Positions 18,505 to 28,623 are shown, counted from the first letter of the stretch. The stretch is 64,000 bases of DNA from an uncultured Armatimonadetes bacterium (GCA_963716175.1 OY970296.1:2880001-2944000); one strand, 5' to 3'. Numbers and translations are program-made. The notes: generated by a model from the letters alone, not told the origin.

Positions 18505-18600
18505 ATGCACCTCAACATCTGGGTGTTAGTGCTTGCGGTCCTCTGTGCGCTGCTGGTGGGAGGGGCCGTGGTCTATGTCGCGTGCTGCCTCAGGAAGTAG
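18505..18600 (+). CDS. Small single-TM protein (31 aa)
   Basis: MHLNIWVLVLAVLCALLVGGAVVYVACCLRK with a purine-rich GGAGG upstream; below the ORF-track size cutoff. Confidence 0.5.
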   Translation: MHLNIWVLVLAVLCALLVGGAVVYVACCLRK

Positions 18601-18643
18601 CTCGGGTCCGGGAAGATCGGGCCTGGGCGGAGAGGAGAGAGCG

Positions 18644-18937
18644 GTGACGGAGCCAGTGGCAGAGGTGGTCAGGGGGAAGCGGTTTGAGCTGGTAGACGGC
18701 GAAGGAAGAGTGCGGGCCGCCTTGGTGCTTCACGAAGACGGGACCCCTGGACTGGACCTGTGGGATGACAATGGGAATGTGCGCGCTACCTTAGTACTGA
18801 GCAGAGACGGGATACCGCGTTTGAACCTGCTGGGGAAGACGGGGGAGGTCCGGGCTGCTTTGGGATTCGGTACTGACTGGAGGGTAGGGCTTGTGCTCAG
18901 TGACCCGCACGGGCAGGTGCTCTGGTCGGCGCCGTAG
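18644..18937 (+). CDS. Hypothetical beta-repeat protein
   Basis: Four LxLxDxxGxVRAxL-like repeats ending in LWSAP; GAGGAG RBS. Confidence 0.7.
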   Translation: MTEPVAEVVRGKRFELVDGEGRVRAALVLHEDGTPGLDLWDDNGNVRATLVLSRDGIPRLNLLGKTGEVRAALGFGTDWRVGLVLSDPHGQVLWSAP

Positions 18938-19120
18938 GGGCGCTGCGGCGCAAAGGCAGAAGTTCCCAGCAGGTCGCGGCCGCCTGCCACGGTCAGCGAG
19001 CCCCGGGCCGGCTGCGCTGGGCCGCTAAGCCGGATGCTGTCGCCCCAGGGCTTCTGGCCCGTTCTGACGGTGCAGATCAGTTTCGGAAGACTGCCTGCAC
19101 ATCCTTGCGCTCTGACCCCC

Positions 19121-19432
19121 TCAGAGCAACTCCCGCGCCGGGAGGCTGAACACCTTCAGGCCCAGAGTGTGTTGCTGCCGGCTGCTATGCAGCGCCGTCA
19201 GCGTCTCCAGTACGGGCCCGACCTGCACTTGGTGAACGCACGAGTAGATCATGGTGCAGTCCCCTGGCCAGACCGGTGTCCCTTCGTGCCGTCCGGTCTC
19301 TCCGCATCCGGTGACCCCCCGATGGATCGTATAGCGGTCCACGCCCGCGGCCTGGATGCGTCGGAGCACTTCATTGCACGTTCCGCTCTCGCAGATGATG
19401 ATCAGGAACTCCCTGTCTCTATCCTCTGGCAT
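19121..19432 (-). CDS. PII-like protein (PG0541-family-like)
   Basis: 103 aa; YTIHRGVTGCGETGRHEGTPVWPG; GGAGG upstream. Confidence 0.7.
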   Translation of the reverse strand: MPEDRDREFLIIICESGTCNEVLRRIQAAGVDRYTIHRGVTGCGETGRHEGTPVWPGDCTMIYSCVHQVQVGPVLETLTALHSSRQQHTLGLKVFSLPARELL

Positions 19433-19668
19433 CTTCTCTCGCCTCCCTGGCGTCGGCGCTGCCGGCCAGCCGCTCTTTCCCAGACTGAAGCGCGAGCCGC
19501 CAAGCAATGTGACGCTCAGCGACCGTACCGTCTGAAGTGTCCAAGAGGCGCTGAGGCCATGCTTCTGGGCCCGCAGCACTCGTCTCGGCGATTCTGCGGC
19601 AGGAACGCGGCCGCTTTCGACTCCGGTTCACAGCATGAAGAGCGACGCGCCCTTCGGCCCCCGCCGGC

Positions 19669-19908
19669 CTAAGCGGGCGGGGGGTTGGCGGGCGCGTAGC
19701 TGCGGCAATAGGTGCTTGCGGATGCGTAGGTCGGGTAGTGAGATTCGCCCGGCGCGATTGGCCGGTTGACGGCTTTGCAGAGCGAGACCCTAACGTCGTA
19801 GTGGGCGCAGTCCGCGCAGCGCCGCAGCACCGTCCGATAGCTGGGGCAGGTGGCAGTCTTCTCGTCCGCGCTCTGCACCTCTTTGCACTTCGGGCAGGTG
19901 ATCCTCAT
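19669..19908 (-). CDS. Small Cys-rich (zinc-finger-like) protein
   Basis: CPKC, CPSY, CADCAHY, C...YC; GAGG RBS. Confidence 0.6.
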   Translation of the reverse strand: MRITCPKCKEVQSADEKTATCPSYRTVLRRCADCAHYDVRVSLCKAVNRPIAPGESHYPTYASASTYCRSYAPANPPPA

Positions 19909-20499
19909 CTGCTCTCACCTCTCTCTCATCGCATGGGCTGGTTACATCGAATCGGCACTGTCATTCTCCCAGGCCTTAAGCAGAGACTCGGTCCTTACCA
20001 TGCCACGCCCGCAGTCCAGGAAGGCGGGTTCCCGCAGCCGAGCGACGAGTGTGCCAGTACCTCGGTATCAAGCCGCCCAGGGGCAACTCGGTTGCTGACG
20101 AGCCTTGGGGGCCGACGGGAGTGCAGAAGGGCGACGCGTCCCTGACCCGGCTGCCGTGCAGGTCTCATGCCACGTCTCCAAGGATAGGCTGGCCTGCTCA
20201 GCGAGGTGACTCAGAGGTTCGATAGAACGACGTGCAAGCGCCCTTAGTGTACCAGAAATAGGCCGTGGCACAAGCGGCATTCCCTGGTGTACGGTCGGCT
20301 TCGATGCCGCAGGAGGGTGAGCCCACGTGCCGCGGTCAAGAACCGCCTAGACCAGCGAAGTGGAACCCAGAACATTGGTTCTGGCTGCATTCTCTCGGCC
20401 GTGTCCGGAAGAATGGCAAACACCACGAGCACTGGACCCTAGCGCTTGCGAGCCGACTCAATTGGGAAAGCGTCGCCACTTGCCGACGTGGGATGGGGA

Positions 20500-23127
20500 T
20501 CAGTCCGTGGCGATCTCGTACCAGAGACTGTGGTAGCCGGGCGAGATGGTGAATGTCAGGCGGCCGTTCGCCAGCGAGGACGCGACCGGCATGATGCGCC
20601 TGCCAGTGGCGTCGAGTGCGTAGACCGATGCGGTGCGCGCTTCAGTTGGCACGGTGATGGTGGCGGTGACAGTCTCAGCCATAGTCGGCCCGCTGGCCCA
20701 TGAGTTCTTTGCGAAGGTGCGGTCAGCGTTCCACTCCAGGCCCTGGTTCTCGACCTCATCCACGACGGTCAGCAGCAGTGACCGTGACTTGGTCATCGCC
20801 TTCGCGTCCATGCTGGCGAGCACGAGGGAGACGAAGTTGCGCTGGGTCAGCTCCATCGCCACAGTCACGCCGTCCAGGTCCACCGACTTGCCGCCGAGGA
20901 AGCCCACGACGGTTTTCGCGCATTGGGAGTCTACGGTGAACAGGGCTTCGGCCGGCTTCTCACTTGACCACTGGAGTGAGGGCGCGCCGGTGCCGCCTCG
21001 CCGCTCGATCTGGATCGGTCCGGCCCCGCTCGCGAAGCGGACGGCGGTGCGGCGGGCGATCATGTCACGGGCGGAAACAGGCGTGCCCTGCGCGGCCTGC
21101 CAGAAGCCGTAGTCCGTGCGCTGGGTGACGACCTCGGCGATCCTGTCTGCGGGAACGACGAGGATTTGCTCAGCAGGGGCTGGAGCAACGCAGCCGCGGA
21201 GGAAGATCTCAGCGGCCGCAGGCAGGAAGGCGAGCTTGCCCGGGTGCGCGGACTGATCGAAGAAGCCGTCGATATGGTCGCGGTCCCATCCCTTCGCCTC
21301 GCCATGGTACGCGAAGAGGAATACTCCGTCCCAGTCCTGCCAGGCGGCGTAGGCGAAGAGCATGGGCACAGCCTCAGAGGCATACTCATTGGGCGCGGGC
21401 TCGTCGTATTCGCTCACGGTGAACGGCATGCCCGCGACGCGATGCATCGCCAGACCTGCGAGCGTGCCGCCGCCCTGATCGCGAACCATCGGCGTGTTCT
21501 CGATGAGGTAGTCCTCGGAGTCCCAGTCCTGGTGCGGGAAGCTGGGGTGCTGCCAGTAGGCGTGCATGTCGATCCAGTCCATGTGTGACTCGCGCCAGAC
21601 GCCGCCGAGTCCGCCGTAGCTGGCCTGAGTGCAGGTGACGGGCGCCTTCGCGCCGAGGGTGCGCTGGATGTAGTCGCGCATGCCCCGGGTGAAATCGCGC
21701 TCGACCTGGATGAGGTAGGTGACGTAGTCCCGGCCCTCCGGGCTCTCGGCGACCACCGGGAGGGAGATGCTGGCACCCTTGAGGGACTCGCCGGGAGCCA
21801 ACTCGACCGCTCCGCCGCCCGGACGCACGGCGACGTCGGCGAGGAAGACGTCGCCGGCCTCGCCGCCGAAGACGAAAGAGAGGCGCGTGTGGTTGGAGAC
21901 AGTGGTTCGGGCGATGAAGCTGAAGCTGCAGCGCTGCCACTGGGGCTTGAGGGCAACGCGTGCGTCGAGGCCGACATTGCGCCACGGATCCTCGTCCAGC
22001 AGCACGCCGACGCTGATGGAGCGCGGGACAACGGAGCGGCCTGCGAAGGAGACAGTGTAGGTTTCGCCGTCCTCTAGGTTCAGACCGAGCTGATGGAACT
22101 GGAGGTGCCAATCGGTGCCGTCCAGCCGCAGCTTCGCCAGTCGCAGAGCGCGGCCGGCCGGCGCGCCGGCGTCCTGCGGGATTGGCTCCAAGGTTGTCTC
22201 AGCGCTTGTTCCCTCGTGCTGCTCGAGCGTCCAACCTTCCGTGCCGCCGACGAATCTCGGATTGCGCAGCAGGTTCGCGCCGAGGGGCTTGGCACGCGCG
22301 TTCCAGGCCGCGAGCATCTTCTCGGTCGTGCCGTACTTGCGGGAGAGGAACTGATTCCAGCCGGCGGCGAGGATGTTGCGATAGTAATCGGGCAGGCCGG
22401 GCACCACGTCGGCCGAGGCGAGGAGGGAGTCTTCGTTGGTGATCTCGATCAGGGCGACGGTCGGCTCATCGGCATACGTCGACTTCGTGTAGGGATTGAG
22501 GTGGGTGAGGAGCTGCTGGGCGTAGAGCTTCTGGCGCTCGATCATACCAGGCACGAAGTAGCCGACGACCTTGCCCATCTCATCGATCTTATCGGTGTCA
22601 CGGAACCCGTCAGCCTGGTTGAAGCCGCGAGAGACGTGCAGGTTCATGTCCACGTAGATCCCGTGGAGCTTGAACTGATAGATGAGGTAGTCGAGGCGGT
22701 CGAGGCTTTGCGGGTCGAGCCGGTCGGTCTTCTTGCCATATGAGCCGCCGGAGATGAAGAACATGTTGGGCTCGGCCCAGGTGGCATCCATGTGGTGCAG
22801 GCGAACGCAGTTGAAGCCGAGCTTATGCATCCTGGCGGCGATCTGCGGCGCGTCCTCTTTCGCGGGGAAGCACGCCCCGGCGGCCAGGTTCGTGCCGACG
22901 AAGCGCACGCGGCGTCCCGTTCCATCGAAGAAGTGGCCGTCCTTGATGACGACGCGACGGCTCTCATCGATGGGGGCGGGGTTCAGCGCAGAGACGTCGA
23001 CAACGGTCTTCGAAGCATCGTTCCAGGGCATGACGAAGGGGAACTGCTTGGGCGCACTGAGTGCCGCCTGAGCCAGAGTCGCGGCCAGCAACAACGCTCC
23101 GGCGGCAATCACCACGGATTTCGTCAT
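20500..23127 (-). CDS. Exported clan GH-A glycoside hydrolase with inserted CBM4/9 (GH148-like)
   Basis: RFVGTNL, NCVRLHHMD, LLTHLNPYT, EITNED (acid/base), inserted NLLRNPRF...WHLQFHQ...ADV module, DMHAYWQHP, TVSEY (nucleophile); signal peptide; GGAGGAG RBS. Confidence 0.8.
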   Translation of the reverse strand: MTKSVVIAAGALLLAATLAQAALSAPKQFPFVMPWNDASKTVVDVSALNPAPIDESRRVVIKDGHFFDGTGRRVRFVGTNLAAGACFPAKEDAPQIAARMHKLGFNCVRLHHMDATWAEPNMFFISGGSYGKKTDRLDPQSLDRLDYLIYQFKLHGIYVDMNLHVSRGFNQADGFRDTDKIDEMGKVVGYFVPGMIERQKLYAQQLLTHLNPYTKSTYADEPTVALIEITNEDSLLASADVVPGLPDYYRNILAAGWNQFLSRKYGTTEKMLAAWNARAKPLGANLLRNPRFVGGTEGWTLEQHEGTSAETTLEPIPQDAGAPAGRALRLAKLRLDGTDWHLQFHQLGLNLEDGETYTVSFAGRSVVPRSISVGVLLDEDPWRNVGLDARVALKPQWQRCSFSFIARTTVSNHTRLSFVFGGEAGDVFLADVAVRPGGGAVELAPGESLKGASISLPVVAESPEGRDYVTYLIQVERDFTRGMRDYIQRTLGAKAPVTCTQASYGGLGGVWRESHMDWIDMHAYWQHPSFPHQDWDSEDYLIENTPMVRDQGGGTLAGLAMHRVAGMPFTVSEYDEPAPNEYASEAVPMLFAYAAWQDWDGVFLFAYHGEAKGWDRDHIDGFFDQSAHPGKLAFLPAAAEIFLRGCVAPAPAEQILVVPADRIAEVVTQRTDYGFWQAAQGTPVSARDMIARRTAVRFASGAGPIQIERRGGTGAPSLQWSSEKPAEALFTVDSQCAKTVVGFLGGKSVDLDGVTVAMELTQRNFVSLVLASMDAKAMTKSRSLLLTVVDEVENQGLEWNADRTFAKNSWASGPTMAETVTATITVPTEARTASVYALDATGRRIMPVASSLANGRLTFTISPGYHSLWYEIATD

Positions 23128-23404
23128 CTCCTCCACTCCTGAGACCTCACGGGGACTCTAGCAAACCGATGATGCTTTGAGCGGCCGCCAGCCAAACCGA
23201 CACTGGTTTCGCTCGTCGCGCCGGACATGCCTGCCAGCAATAGCGCTGTTCAAGAGCCTGGCAGATACCAACGCCCGTTTGTGGCGACGAAACGGAAGTT
23301 CTGGGTAACCCCCCATTCCCTTGCTGGGCGCCTTGACAGCGGTCTCATTGGTGGTTGACGAGTACTGGCGGCCTTGCAGGCGCTTAGCATGGATAGGAGG
23401 CGCC

Positions 23405-24541
23405 TCACTTCGCGTTGTTGCGCGGCGCGGGCTGTGCCGCCACGGGTCCGCGGCGTGCGCTGCCCCTGTGACTGCCCGGCCAGCACGAACAGAGGCCCTC
23501 GAGCTTCGGATCGGCGAAGGGCTCGACGCTCGTCACCAGCCAGTCGGATGGGCACCACTTCGCATGTCCGTCGAGGAAACCGATGTTGCTGCCGCCGTCG
23601 TGCCGTGTGAACGTCTTCCGGTAGGCCTCATCTTTCATCACGCGCGGCAGCGCGTCCGCGCTCAGGCCGCACTCCCGCGTGAAGGGGCAATTCACCCAGT
23701 CCGCGAGCGCGCACGTGCTTGCGCTGTCCCTGCTCCCCGGCTCCGCGCCTATCCCGTTGAGCTTGCAGGTGTCGGGGAAGGCCACGGACTCCATACGATC
23801 GATCTCTGTCTGTCTGCTGTCGTCTCCGCAGGTGACGTACCGTGCAGGCTCGGGTACCGAGGCCAGCTTCAGTCCGCGCAGATGGCTGTTGACCGCCAGG
23901 GCCTGCTGGAAGCCGGCCCGATGCTGCTGATGCGGGCTGGGAGGGCCCATCCCCGGCGCTACCGCGGCGCGGCCTTGTGCGAACGAATCCGTTAAATCGC
24001 CGCCCCACCCTGACGGCCAGGCTGTACAGCACGGCCCTGCACCGCCCGTCTGCTGGCAGTTCGCATTCACACGCCCCCACCTGCCCTGGTGATCTTGGTA
24101 GGCGCGCACCCAGTCGCGGTCCGGGCCCAGCGGCAGGATGAAAGAGGCGGGGTTGCGCATCTTCGCGTTGGGACAGTCCCAGACCCTGCGATCCTCCGTG
24201 TACTTGTCGAGCAGCACAGCCGGACGCAGATATGGGTTGGCAGCGAGGAGGTGGGGGCACTCACTAACATCGGCACGCGTCTGGCCGCCCCCCGGGGCGC
24301 GGCTGAAATAGTCGACGGCTCCCGGGCTATGCTCGTCCGGAAAGAGCGCCCCCCAGTCGTGCTGGTACATCGTGATGGCCAGGGCGATAGTCCGCACGTT
24401 GGACAGGCATTGCTCGTCCCCCGCCGTCTGCCTGGCGCGACCGAACACGGGCAGCAGCACGCTCGCCGGCACCCCAATGATCGCGAGCGTGACCAGCAGT
24501 TCAATAAACGTGAACCCAGTGCCTTTCCCAGGCTCGGCCAT
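23405..24541 (-). CDS. Second prepilin-type / H-X9-DG protein (DUF1559-like)
   Basis: GFTFIELLVTLAII...CLSN; RHDGGSNIGFLDGHAKW. Confidence 0.88.
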   Translation of the reverse strand: MAEPGKGTGFTFIELLVTLAIIGVPASVLLPVFGRARQTAGDEQCLSNVRTIALAITMYQHDWGALFPDEHSPGAVDYFSRAPGGGQTRADVSECPHLLAANPYLRPAVLLDKYTEDRRVWDCPNAKMRNPASFILPLGPDRDWVRAYQDHQGRWGRVNANCQQTGGAGPCCTAWPSGWGGDLTDSFAQGRAAVAPGMGPPSPHQQHRAGFQQALAVNSHLRGLKLASVPEPARYVTCGDDSRQTEIDRMESVAFPDTCKLNGIGAEPGSRDSASTCALADWVNCPFTRECGLSADALPRVMKDEAYRKTFTRHDGGSNIGFLDGHAKWCPSDWLVTSVEPFADPKLEGLCSCWPGSHRGSARRGPVAAQPAPRNNAK

Positions 24542-24983
24542 CTCTATTCCCCTTTGCTCCGAGGCGTGACGCGAGCGTACCAAGCCGCACCTCAGCCGTC
24601 AACGTGCAGAAGGCCCCTGTCCACCGCAAAAGCCACACCTGGAGCGGATCGGGTGTACTCAGCAGCCTTGTCTCACGAGGAATGCCCACCTTGTCGGGCA
24701 GTGGCTTCGTAAGATTGGGTAGCCACGTGCTCACGTGCGCCACAGGGCGGACGTTGCGCTGGCGCTCGGCTGCGCCAGCGCTCCTCAGAGCGCCGGGGCA
24801 ATGCTCTTCCGGAGGACTGGGGTCTGTTTCCTGCCTATCGGGAGCAATCTTGTGTCGGCTATGAGAGGCGGTAGAGCGCCCGAGGGGAATATGCTCTTTG
24901 CCTGGGGCGCCATCACGCCACTTGCTGCTGGCCATCCCGATTGTACCGGCACATTTCCACGCGCCCACGGCCGGTAGGTAAGC

Positions 24984-25568
24984 TTGCCACGCTACGACAG
25001 GGACGCGGCGCTGGTCGGTAGCTTCCTGCAAGGGGACCTAAGCGCTTTCGACGCGTTAGTGGCGAGGCACCGAGGACACGTGTATGGCGTAGCCTATCGG
25101 ATGACACGGGACAGAGAGGCGGCAGAGGATATCACTGTCGAGGCCTTCTGCGAAGCCTATCGCGGCTTGCCTCGCTTCCGGCCCCAGGCGAGGTTCTCTA
25201 CCTGGCTGCACCGGATCACGGTCAATGTGTGCTTAGAGCATCTCCGCCATGCTCGACGCAAACGACAAGTGGAGGAAGTGGCACTGGAGGATGACCTGCC
25301 CGCACCCACCGATGCGGCCGAGACAGTCATCACCAGAGACTTGGCGTGCCGCATCGTGCGAGCCATTGAGGAACTGCCCCCAGCCCAACAGGAAGCGATC
25401 AGGATGTTCTACTTCGAGCAGCGATCCTGTGCCGAGATCGCGCAAGCGCTCAAGATTCCTCGCAACACCGTGAAGACCCGCCTTTTCTACGGCACAAAGG
25501 CGCTCAGAGATCGTTTCGAGGCAGAGGCGGTTCTCGAATCGGAGGGGGAGCTTCATGTCGAGATGTAA
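24984..25568 (+). CDS. ECF RNA polymerase sigma-70 factor
   Basis: GDLSAFDALV, AEDITVEAF, FSTWLHRITVN, EIAQALKIPRNTVKTRLFYG. Confidence 0.92.
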   Translation: MPRYDRDAALVGSFLQGDLSAFDALVARHRGHVYGVAYRMTRDREAAEDITVEAFCEAYRGLPRFRPQARFSTWLHRITVNVCLEHLRHARRKRQVEEVALEDDLPAPTDAAETVITRDLACRIVRAIEELPPAQQEAIRMFYFEQRSCAEIAQALKIPRNTVKTRLFYGTKALRDRFEAEAVLESEGELHVEM

Positions 25569-27888
25569 GTGGGTGAGACCACGGCTGACGGCATTCCTTC
25601 TGGGGGAACTCTCGCAAAGGGGTACTCAGAGAGTGGCCTCCCATCTGGGCGCCTGCCCAGAGTGTCTCCAGGCACTTGACGGGCTACGCCAGGCGGTCGG
25701 CGTGCTGGAACAACTGGCGGAACAGGAGCGGAGTGCTTCCACAGTCGTGGCGAAGGCGGGGACCCATGAGGCCGTCTTCCCACCGGTTGATGTGCACAGG
25801 ATACGAGCGTTGGTGGCGCCCGTCAGAAGCAGGCGGCTCGTAGCCTGGGCGCTCGCGGCCTCCGCTGCAGTAGTCCTGGCGGGGATGGCCTGGTGGACTC
25901 GTGGCTTCCTGCCGCAGCATCAGCGCGTAGTTGGGGAGGTCATCCGCGTGTTGGGCCATCCCCAGGTGAGCATACAGCCGCATGGTGAGCCGAGGGGGAC
26001 ACGTGTTGGCGAACTCATAGGATCGGGTGCTCGACTCAGCACAGGGGAGACAGACAGGCTGGAGCTGCAGTTGCAGGATGGCTCGCGGGTCCGCCTCGAC
26101 TTCAACACCTCGGCGACGGTGAGCAATGCCCGGCACAGAGGTGTCACCGCAGGCCGGGCCGATCTGAACCTCCAGCGCGGACGTCTCTGGGTGCTGGTGA
26201 CGTCGGGACAGATCGGCCTCACCGTGCACACTCCGGCAGGAACGGCCGAGGCGGTGGGAACCTTGTTCGAGGTTAACGCCAGCGGCGGCCCGCCTGGAAA
26301 GCCAAGAGCCGGCGTGCCACAGCCCGAGCCCACCGCCCGGACGACGGTTACGGTGTTCCGGGGCAAAGTCAGATTCGGCAACCGGCACGGTACAGTGGTC
26401 GCAGATGCCGGCATGACCGCAGATGCGACTGAGGCACGCGCCCCGCAGGCACCGCGGCCAGTCACGCGCTTGGAGACGATTCGGAGTCAGGCTCCTTGGG
26501 GGCAGACTAACTATGAGGTGTGGGTACTGCCTCCGCTGGGCCTCGGCGAGGTAGCAAAGAGACTGGTCGGTGTCCGGAGTTGGCTCGGGCTGGAGGTGAC
26601 GCCTGCGCCGATGACGCTAGACGGGAGGGCTCTCACGGGACCGGGCGCGGCGGTGGTGCGCGTCGTGCCCAGGTTGCCGGCCCAAGCTGTCGGTATGAAC
26701 ACCGCCGATGTCCTGCTGGCGGTGGGCGGGGTCGCGATCTCCGGCGCCTCCGATCTCTGGCGCACAGAACTGCTTTTCTCGCCCGGCCAGTCGGTAGAGG
26801 TGGTCTCCGATCGCGCTGGTAGGCAGTACCGCTATCAGGTAGCTCTCGCCCGTCGCCGGGAACGAGTCACATCCAGATACACAGCGGCTCTGGCGGCCGG
26901 CAACTCCAGCCTAGTAGCCGGTCGGGTTGCGCAAGCGAAGGAACGCTATCTCGCCATTGGGTCGGCTGCGGACGGAGCCGTGTACAATAACCTTGGGGTG
27001 GTGGCTGAACTCGAGGGTCGGATCGAACGTTCCGAGGAGCTGTATAGAAGAGCCGCGGATGCAGCACCCGATCAGCCGCAGTACCACTCCAACTGGGCGG
27101 TGGCGCTGTGCCGTATCGGGAACCTGCCCAGCGCCGCTCGCGAGCTTGAGGCGACCCTCAGGCTGGACCCGCAGTTCCCTGACGCTGCCTTCATGCTTGG
27201 CAAGACGTACGCGTTCCTGGGAAACCTCAAGGGTGTCGAGGGAGAGGTTCAGCGGTTGCTCGCGACCCCCGATACCAAGGCTCAAGGGCTCTGCCTCGCG
27301 GGCGAGATCGCGTGGCTGCAGGACGATCTGAGGGGGGCAGTGTCCTGGTACCTCAAGGCGGCTGCGGCCGGTCCGTTCTACGACAATCCTCCTACCTACC
27401 TGGGAGGGGCCTACTTTGGCCTGGGCAATCTGGACGAGGCGGAGAAGTGGACTAAGCGGGCGCTAGTCCTGGATCCGAACTCGGTTCGCGCCCTCAACCG
27501 CCTGGGGTTGATCCGCTACCGCCAGGGACGCCTGGGAGAGGCCGAGCAGGCCTTTATGCGAGCGGAGTCCGAGCACCCCGGCTATGCGGTCGTCTACAGC
27601 AACCTGGCCGCGGTCTATCTGAAGCAGGGCAATGTCGCCGCCGCCACGGCCGCCTATGGCAAGAGCATAGCCGCGGATCCCGATAGTGTATATGCCCACC
27701 TGGGCCTCGCCATGGCGCTCGAGCGGAACGGGGAGTTTGCTGCGGCCAAGCGGGAGTATCAGACTGCTCTGGCGATAGACCCCACCTACAGCGAGGCCTA
27801 TCAGAGGCTTGCTGCTTTGCATCGTCAGCTCGGCGAGGTGGAGCTCGCACGAAACGTGCTCGCTTCTGCCAAGCGCTACGGCCTGTAG
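25555..27888 (+). CDS. Anti-sigma-like protein: zf-HC2, TM, FecR, PDZ and TPR repeats
   Basis: HLGACPEC; one TM; LQLQDGSRVRLDFNT...VHTPAGTAEAVGTLFEV; WLGLEV...PAQAVGMNTADVLLAVGG; several YNNLG/YSNLA-type TPRs; overlaps the sigma gene. Confidence 0.85.
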   Translation: MSRCKWVRPRLTAFLLGELSQRGTQRVASHLGACPECLQALDGLRQAVGVLEQLAEQERSASTVVAKAGTHEAVFPPVDVHRIRALVAPVRSRRLVAWALAASAAVVLAGMAWWTRGFLPQHQRVVGEVIRVLGHPQVSIQPHGEPRGTRVGELIGSGARLSTGETDRLELQLQDGSRVRLDFNTSATVSNARHRGVTAGRADLNLQRGRLWVLVTSGQIGLTVHTPAGTAEAVGTLFEVNASGGPPGKPRAGVPQPEPTARTTVTVFRGKVRFGNRHGTVVADAGMTADATEARAPQAPRPVTRLETIRSQAPWGQTNYEVWVLPPLGLGEVAKRLVGVRSWLGLEVTPAPMTLDGRALTGPGAAVVRVVPRLPAQAVGMNTADVLLAVGGVAISGASDLWRTELLFSPGQSVEVVSDRAGRQYRYQVALARRRERVTSRYTAALAAGNSSLVAGRVAQAKERYLAIGSAADGAVYNNLGVVAELEGRIERSEELYRRAADAAPDQPQYHSNWAVALCRIGNLPSAARELEATLRLDPQFPDAAFMLGKTYAFLGNLKGVEGEVQRLLATPDTKAQGLCLAGEIAWLQDDLRGAVSWYLKAAAAGPFYDNPPTYLGGAYFGLGNLDEAEKWTKRALVLDPNSVRALNRLGLIRYRQGRLGEAEQAFMRAESEHPGYAVVYSNLAAVYLKQGNVAAATAAYGKSIAADPDSVYAHLGLAMALERNGEFAAAKREYQTALAIDPTYSEAYQRLAALHRQLGEVELARNVLASAKRYGL

Positions 27889-28044
27889 CTGATGCCGCGT
27901 TGGTTGCCAGGGCCTCCCTTGACTTCGGCAGCGGTGCGGCCCAGGGGCGTGACCACAGGGAATCCCCTGCGGTGCCTGGCTGAACCACCCACTCCTTTCC
28001 TGCAATAAACCTAATGAGGGTAAAGGCGGGAAAGGAGGCTGAGG

Positions 28045-28428
28045 ATGAAGCGGTTCGTGTGCATCGTGGTCCTGGCCGCAGCGGTTGCGCTCGGACTAGT
28101 ATTCGCGATTGCTCATGCGTGTGATCCGCCGATCGGCGGCATCCACGGGATCCCCCAGAACGCCGCGGTCTCCGGCAAGATCACGGTTGAGGTCGAAGTC
28201 AAGAGGGTTGAGACTACGATCAGGGGGGTTGATCTGTACGCTGACGGGAACTTGGTAGAGAGCATGAACCAGGCTCCTTACCGACAAGACGTGGATACCA
28301 CCAAGTTCAAAGACGGAGACCACAAAGTCTACGCCAAGGTGCGTGCCCTCGACCGCCCCGACGGGATGTCGCCCACCATTTCTTTTACGGTGAGCAACGG
28401 CCCTGAGGCGCCGAAAGAGCACGAGTAG
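28045..28428 (+). CDS. Secreted Ig-like domain protein
   Basis: AAGGAGG RBS; signal peptide; VDLYADGNLV...APY...DTTKFKDGDHKVYAK. Confidence 0.8.
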   Translation: MKRFVCIVVLAAAVALGLVFAIAHACDPPIGGIHGIPQNAAVSGKITVEVEVKRVETTIRGVDLYADGNLVESMNQAPYRQDVDTTKFKDGDHKVYAKVRALDRPDGMSPTISFTVSNGPEAPKEHE

Positions 28429-28623
28429 TCAAGGCCCGCCGGCAGAGGGGGAGAGGGGGATAGTGCGTAGTGGGCGCCAGCGAATTGTGCCGGCGCCCAC
28501 TACCAGGCGGCAACAGTCTGCCTACAGTGATGACTGAACGAGGAAAACCAACGGAATAGCGTCGTCCGAGGGGAACACCCGGCGAGGCTTGGTCACAGCA
28601 GATACCCCAACGAGGTAAAGGCG

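Noticed and set aside
24756-24781. 10-bp GC hairpin and neighbouring CACGTG repeats between the pilin and sigma genes
   Set aside because: No U tract and no second copy; plausible by chance at this GC content.
27895-27990. Possible structured RNA upstream of the Ig-like gene
   Set aside because: Only short GC stems, no terminator and no recognisable aptamer motif.
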